DNA from: a virus
Lineage: Duplodnaviria; Caudoviricetes
IMG/VR virus record: IMGVR_UViG_3300033485_000302
Span: 1 to 44,646 of that record
DNA length: 44,646 nucleotides
Direction: 5' to 3' (one strand)
Shown: one piece after another, positions 43,647-44,646 of the stretch
Numbering within the stretch: position 1 is the stretch's first letter
Layout: every line of letters starts with the position of its first letter
Made by a program: the position numbers and the translations under genes
Notes under the pieces: model-generated
What the model was told of the DNA's origin: nothing
The model's database searches: none
The model's input: the letters and a program-made list of their open reading frames with translations, nothing else

Positions 43647-43943
43647 ATGGCAGTACAAAACCCGACACATAGAGACATTAAAAAGACACAAGTTTACATG
43701 GAACAGATGAGTTGGGATGACAGCTTTGAAGTTTTGACCCGCTTAATGCTTAGTTATAACCCTATAACTGGTAACTTAGAGCGTGATACCAAGATACAGG
43801 GCAATTCGTCTTTAGTTTTAGCATGGAACGCGGATGATACGTTAGCCAGTATAACTAAAACCATCGGGGCTAACAGTTACAGAAAGACCTTTACATGGAC
43901 TGATGGTAATTTAACAGCTATTTCAGCTTGGAGTGCAGTATGA
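43647..43943 (+). CDS. Hypothetical (possibly virion) protein
   Basis: GGAGG SD; YD/RHS-like C-terminus (KTFTWTDGNLTAIS). Confidence 0.55.
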   Translation: MAVQNPTHRDIKKTQVYMEQMSWDDSFEVLTRLMLSYNPITGNLERDTKIQGNSSLVLAWNADDTLASITKTIGANSYRKTFTWTDGNLTAISAWSAV

Positions 43944-44646
43944 AAATAACAATCATAGGTTTAGGTTGGGTAGGCAAGTCAATGCAGCAGCTTTTCCCTG
44001 ACGCTTATGTTTACAGCCACGGCATAGGCAATAAAGAGGAAGCCAATGAGGGGGATGTGGCGTTTATATGTGTGCCTACACCTTGTATTAAGAAGGGCAA
44101 ACTTGACACTTCCATTGTCGAGGAAGTGGTGGAGTGGTGTTCCTGTCCGCTTTTGGTTATCAGGTCAACGGTCAATCCGGGAACTTGCAAGATGTTGCAA
44201 GATAAATACCATAAGCGGATAGTTATGCAACCTGAGTATCTGGGCGAGACACCCGCCCATCCGCTTCTTGACCCCAAGACCAGACCGTTTCTGATTTTAG
44301 GTGGTAGCAAAGAGGACACGCGCAAGGTAATTGAAGTGTATCAGGGTGTATATAACGCCAATGTCACTATCCGTCAGGTTAGCAGTCTTGAGGCGGAAGT
44401 GATAAAGCTGACTGAGAACAGGGCGATATCTTTTAAGGTATCACAGTGCCAAGAGTTATATGACGTTTGTCAGGCGGCAGGGATTGATTACTACACTATC
44501 CGTGACGCTGTATACGGAGACGATCCCCGGTTTAACCTGTGGTGGACTTTCATTTATCCCGACAGGCGGGGTTTTAAGTCCAAGTGTATTCCCAAAGACG
44601 TATACGCGTGGGCGGCATGGGCTGAGAGCTTAGGATATAAACCTGA
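43940..44646 (+). CDS. UDP-glucose/GDP-mannose 6-dehydrogenase family protein; 3'-truncated by window edge
   Basis: Own translation: MKITIIGLGWVGKS, FICVPTP, IRSTVNPGT, QPEYLGE, AEVIKLTEN, GFKSKCIPKD; no stop before the end. Confidence 0.88.
   Translation, partial: MKITIIGLGWVGKSMQQLFPDAYVYSHGIGNKEEANEGDVAFICVPTPCIKKGKLDTSIVEEVVEWCSCPLLVIRSTVNPGTCKMLQDKYHKRIVMQPEYLGETPAHPLLDPKTRPFLILGGSKEDTRKVIEVYQGVYNANVTIRQVSSLEAEVIKLTENRAISFKVSQCQELYDVCQAAGIDYYTIRDAVYGDDPRFNLWWTFIYPDRRGFKSKCIPKDVYAWAAWAESLGYKP

Noticed and set aside
44011-44325. Minus-strand 104 aa ORF
   Set aside because: Antisense to the clear + strand nucleotide-sugar dehydrogenase starting at 43940.
1-44646. Genome-wide stop-codon recoding (TAG=Gln or TGA=Gly/Trp)
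   Set aside because: Long genes are intact in code 11; TAG and TGA end many genes at tight junctions (e.g. 7910, 13326, 23393, ATGA overlaps); only one internal TAG seen.
1-44646. Host assignment (e.g. Patescibacteria/CPR) and prophage status
   Set aside because: Gene style is suggestive, but no host genes, att sites or integrase are in the window; needs database or spacer matching.

Overview
Near-complete, apparently circularly permuted genome of a tailed dsDNA phage, podovirus-like by inference (no sheath or tail-tube genes recognised). Every supportable gene is on the + strand and the code is standard. Gene order: glycan-modification cluster part B (1-7910); virion/tail genes (7987-23393); lysis (23400-24765); small early/regulatory/replication genes (24767-32255); terminase, portal, scaffold and major capsid (32245-38342); glycan-modification cluster part A (38783-44646). 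The window starts inside a glycosyltransferase and ends inside a nucleotide-sugar dehydrogenase, so the two parts probably form one ~14 kb locus between the head and tail genes. Main candidate system: two glycosyltransferases with motifs of eukaryotic mucin-type polypeptide GalNAc-transferases (DxH-C, WG..E, W..GG, H.FR) sit next to four virion proteins carrying ~105-280 aa (Ser-Pro-Ser-X)n mucin-like tracts. The locus also encodes further GTs, five methyltransferases, two deacetylase-like proteins, a radical SAM enzyme and a Ugd-like enzyme, suggesting a phage-encoded O-glycan shield on the virion. Second candidate system: a six-copy element (promoter - hairpin - CAG - hairpin - U7/8 - often ATG) placed ahead of late gene blocks. 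Also present: five HNH endonucleases, a candidate +1 frameshift, an amber-interrupted small gene and iterons within the replication initiator. No integrase, tRNA or CRISPR array was seen. All functional calls come from motif reading by eye, not database searches.
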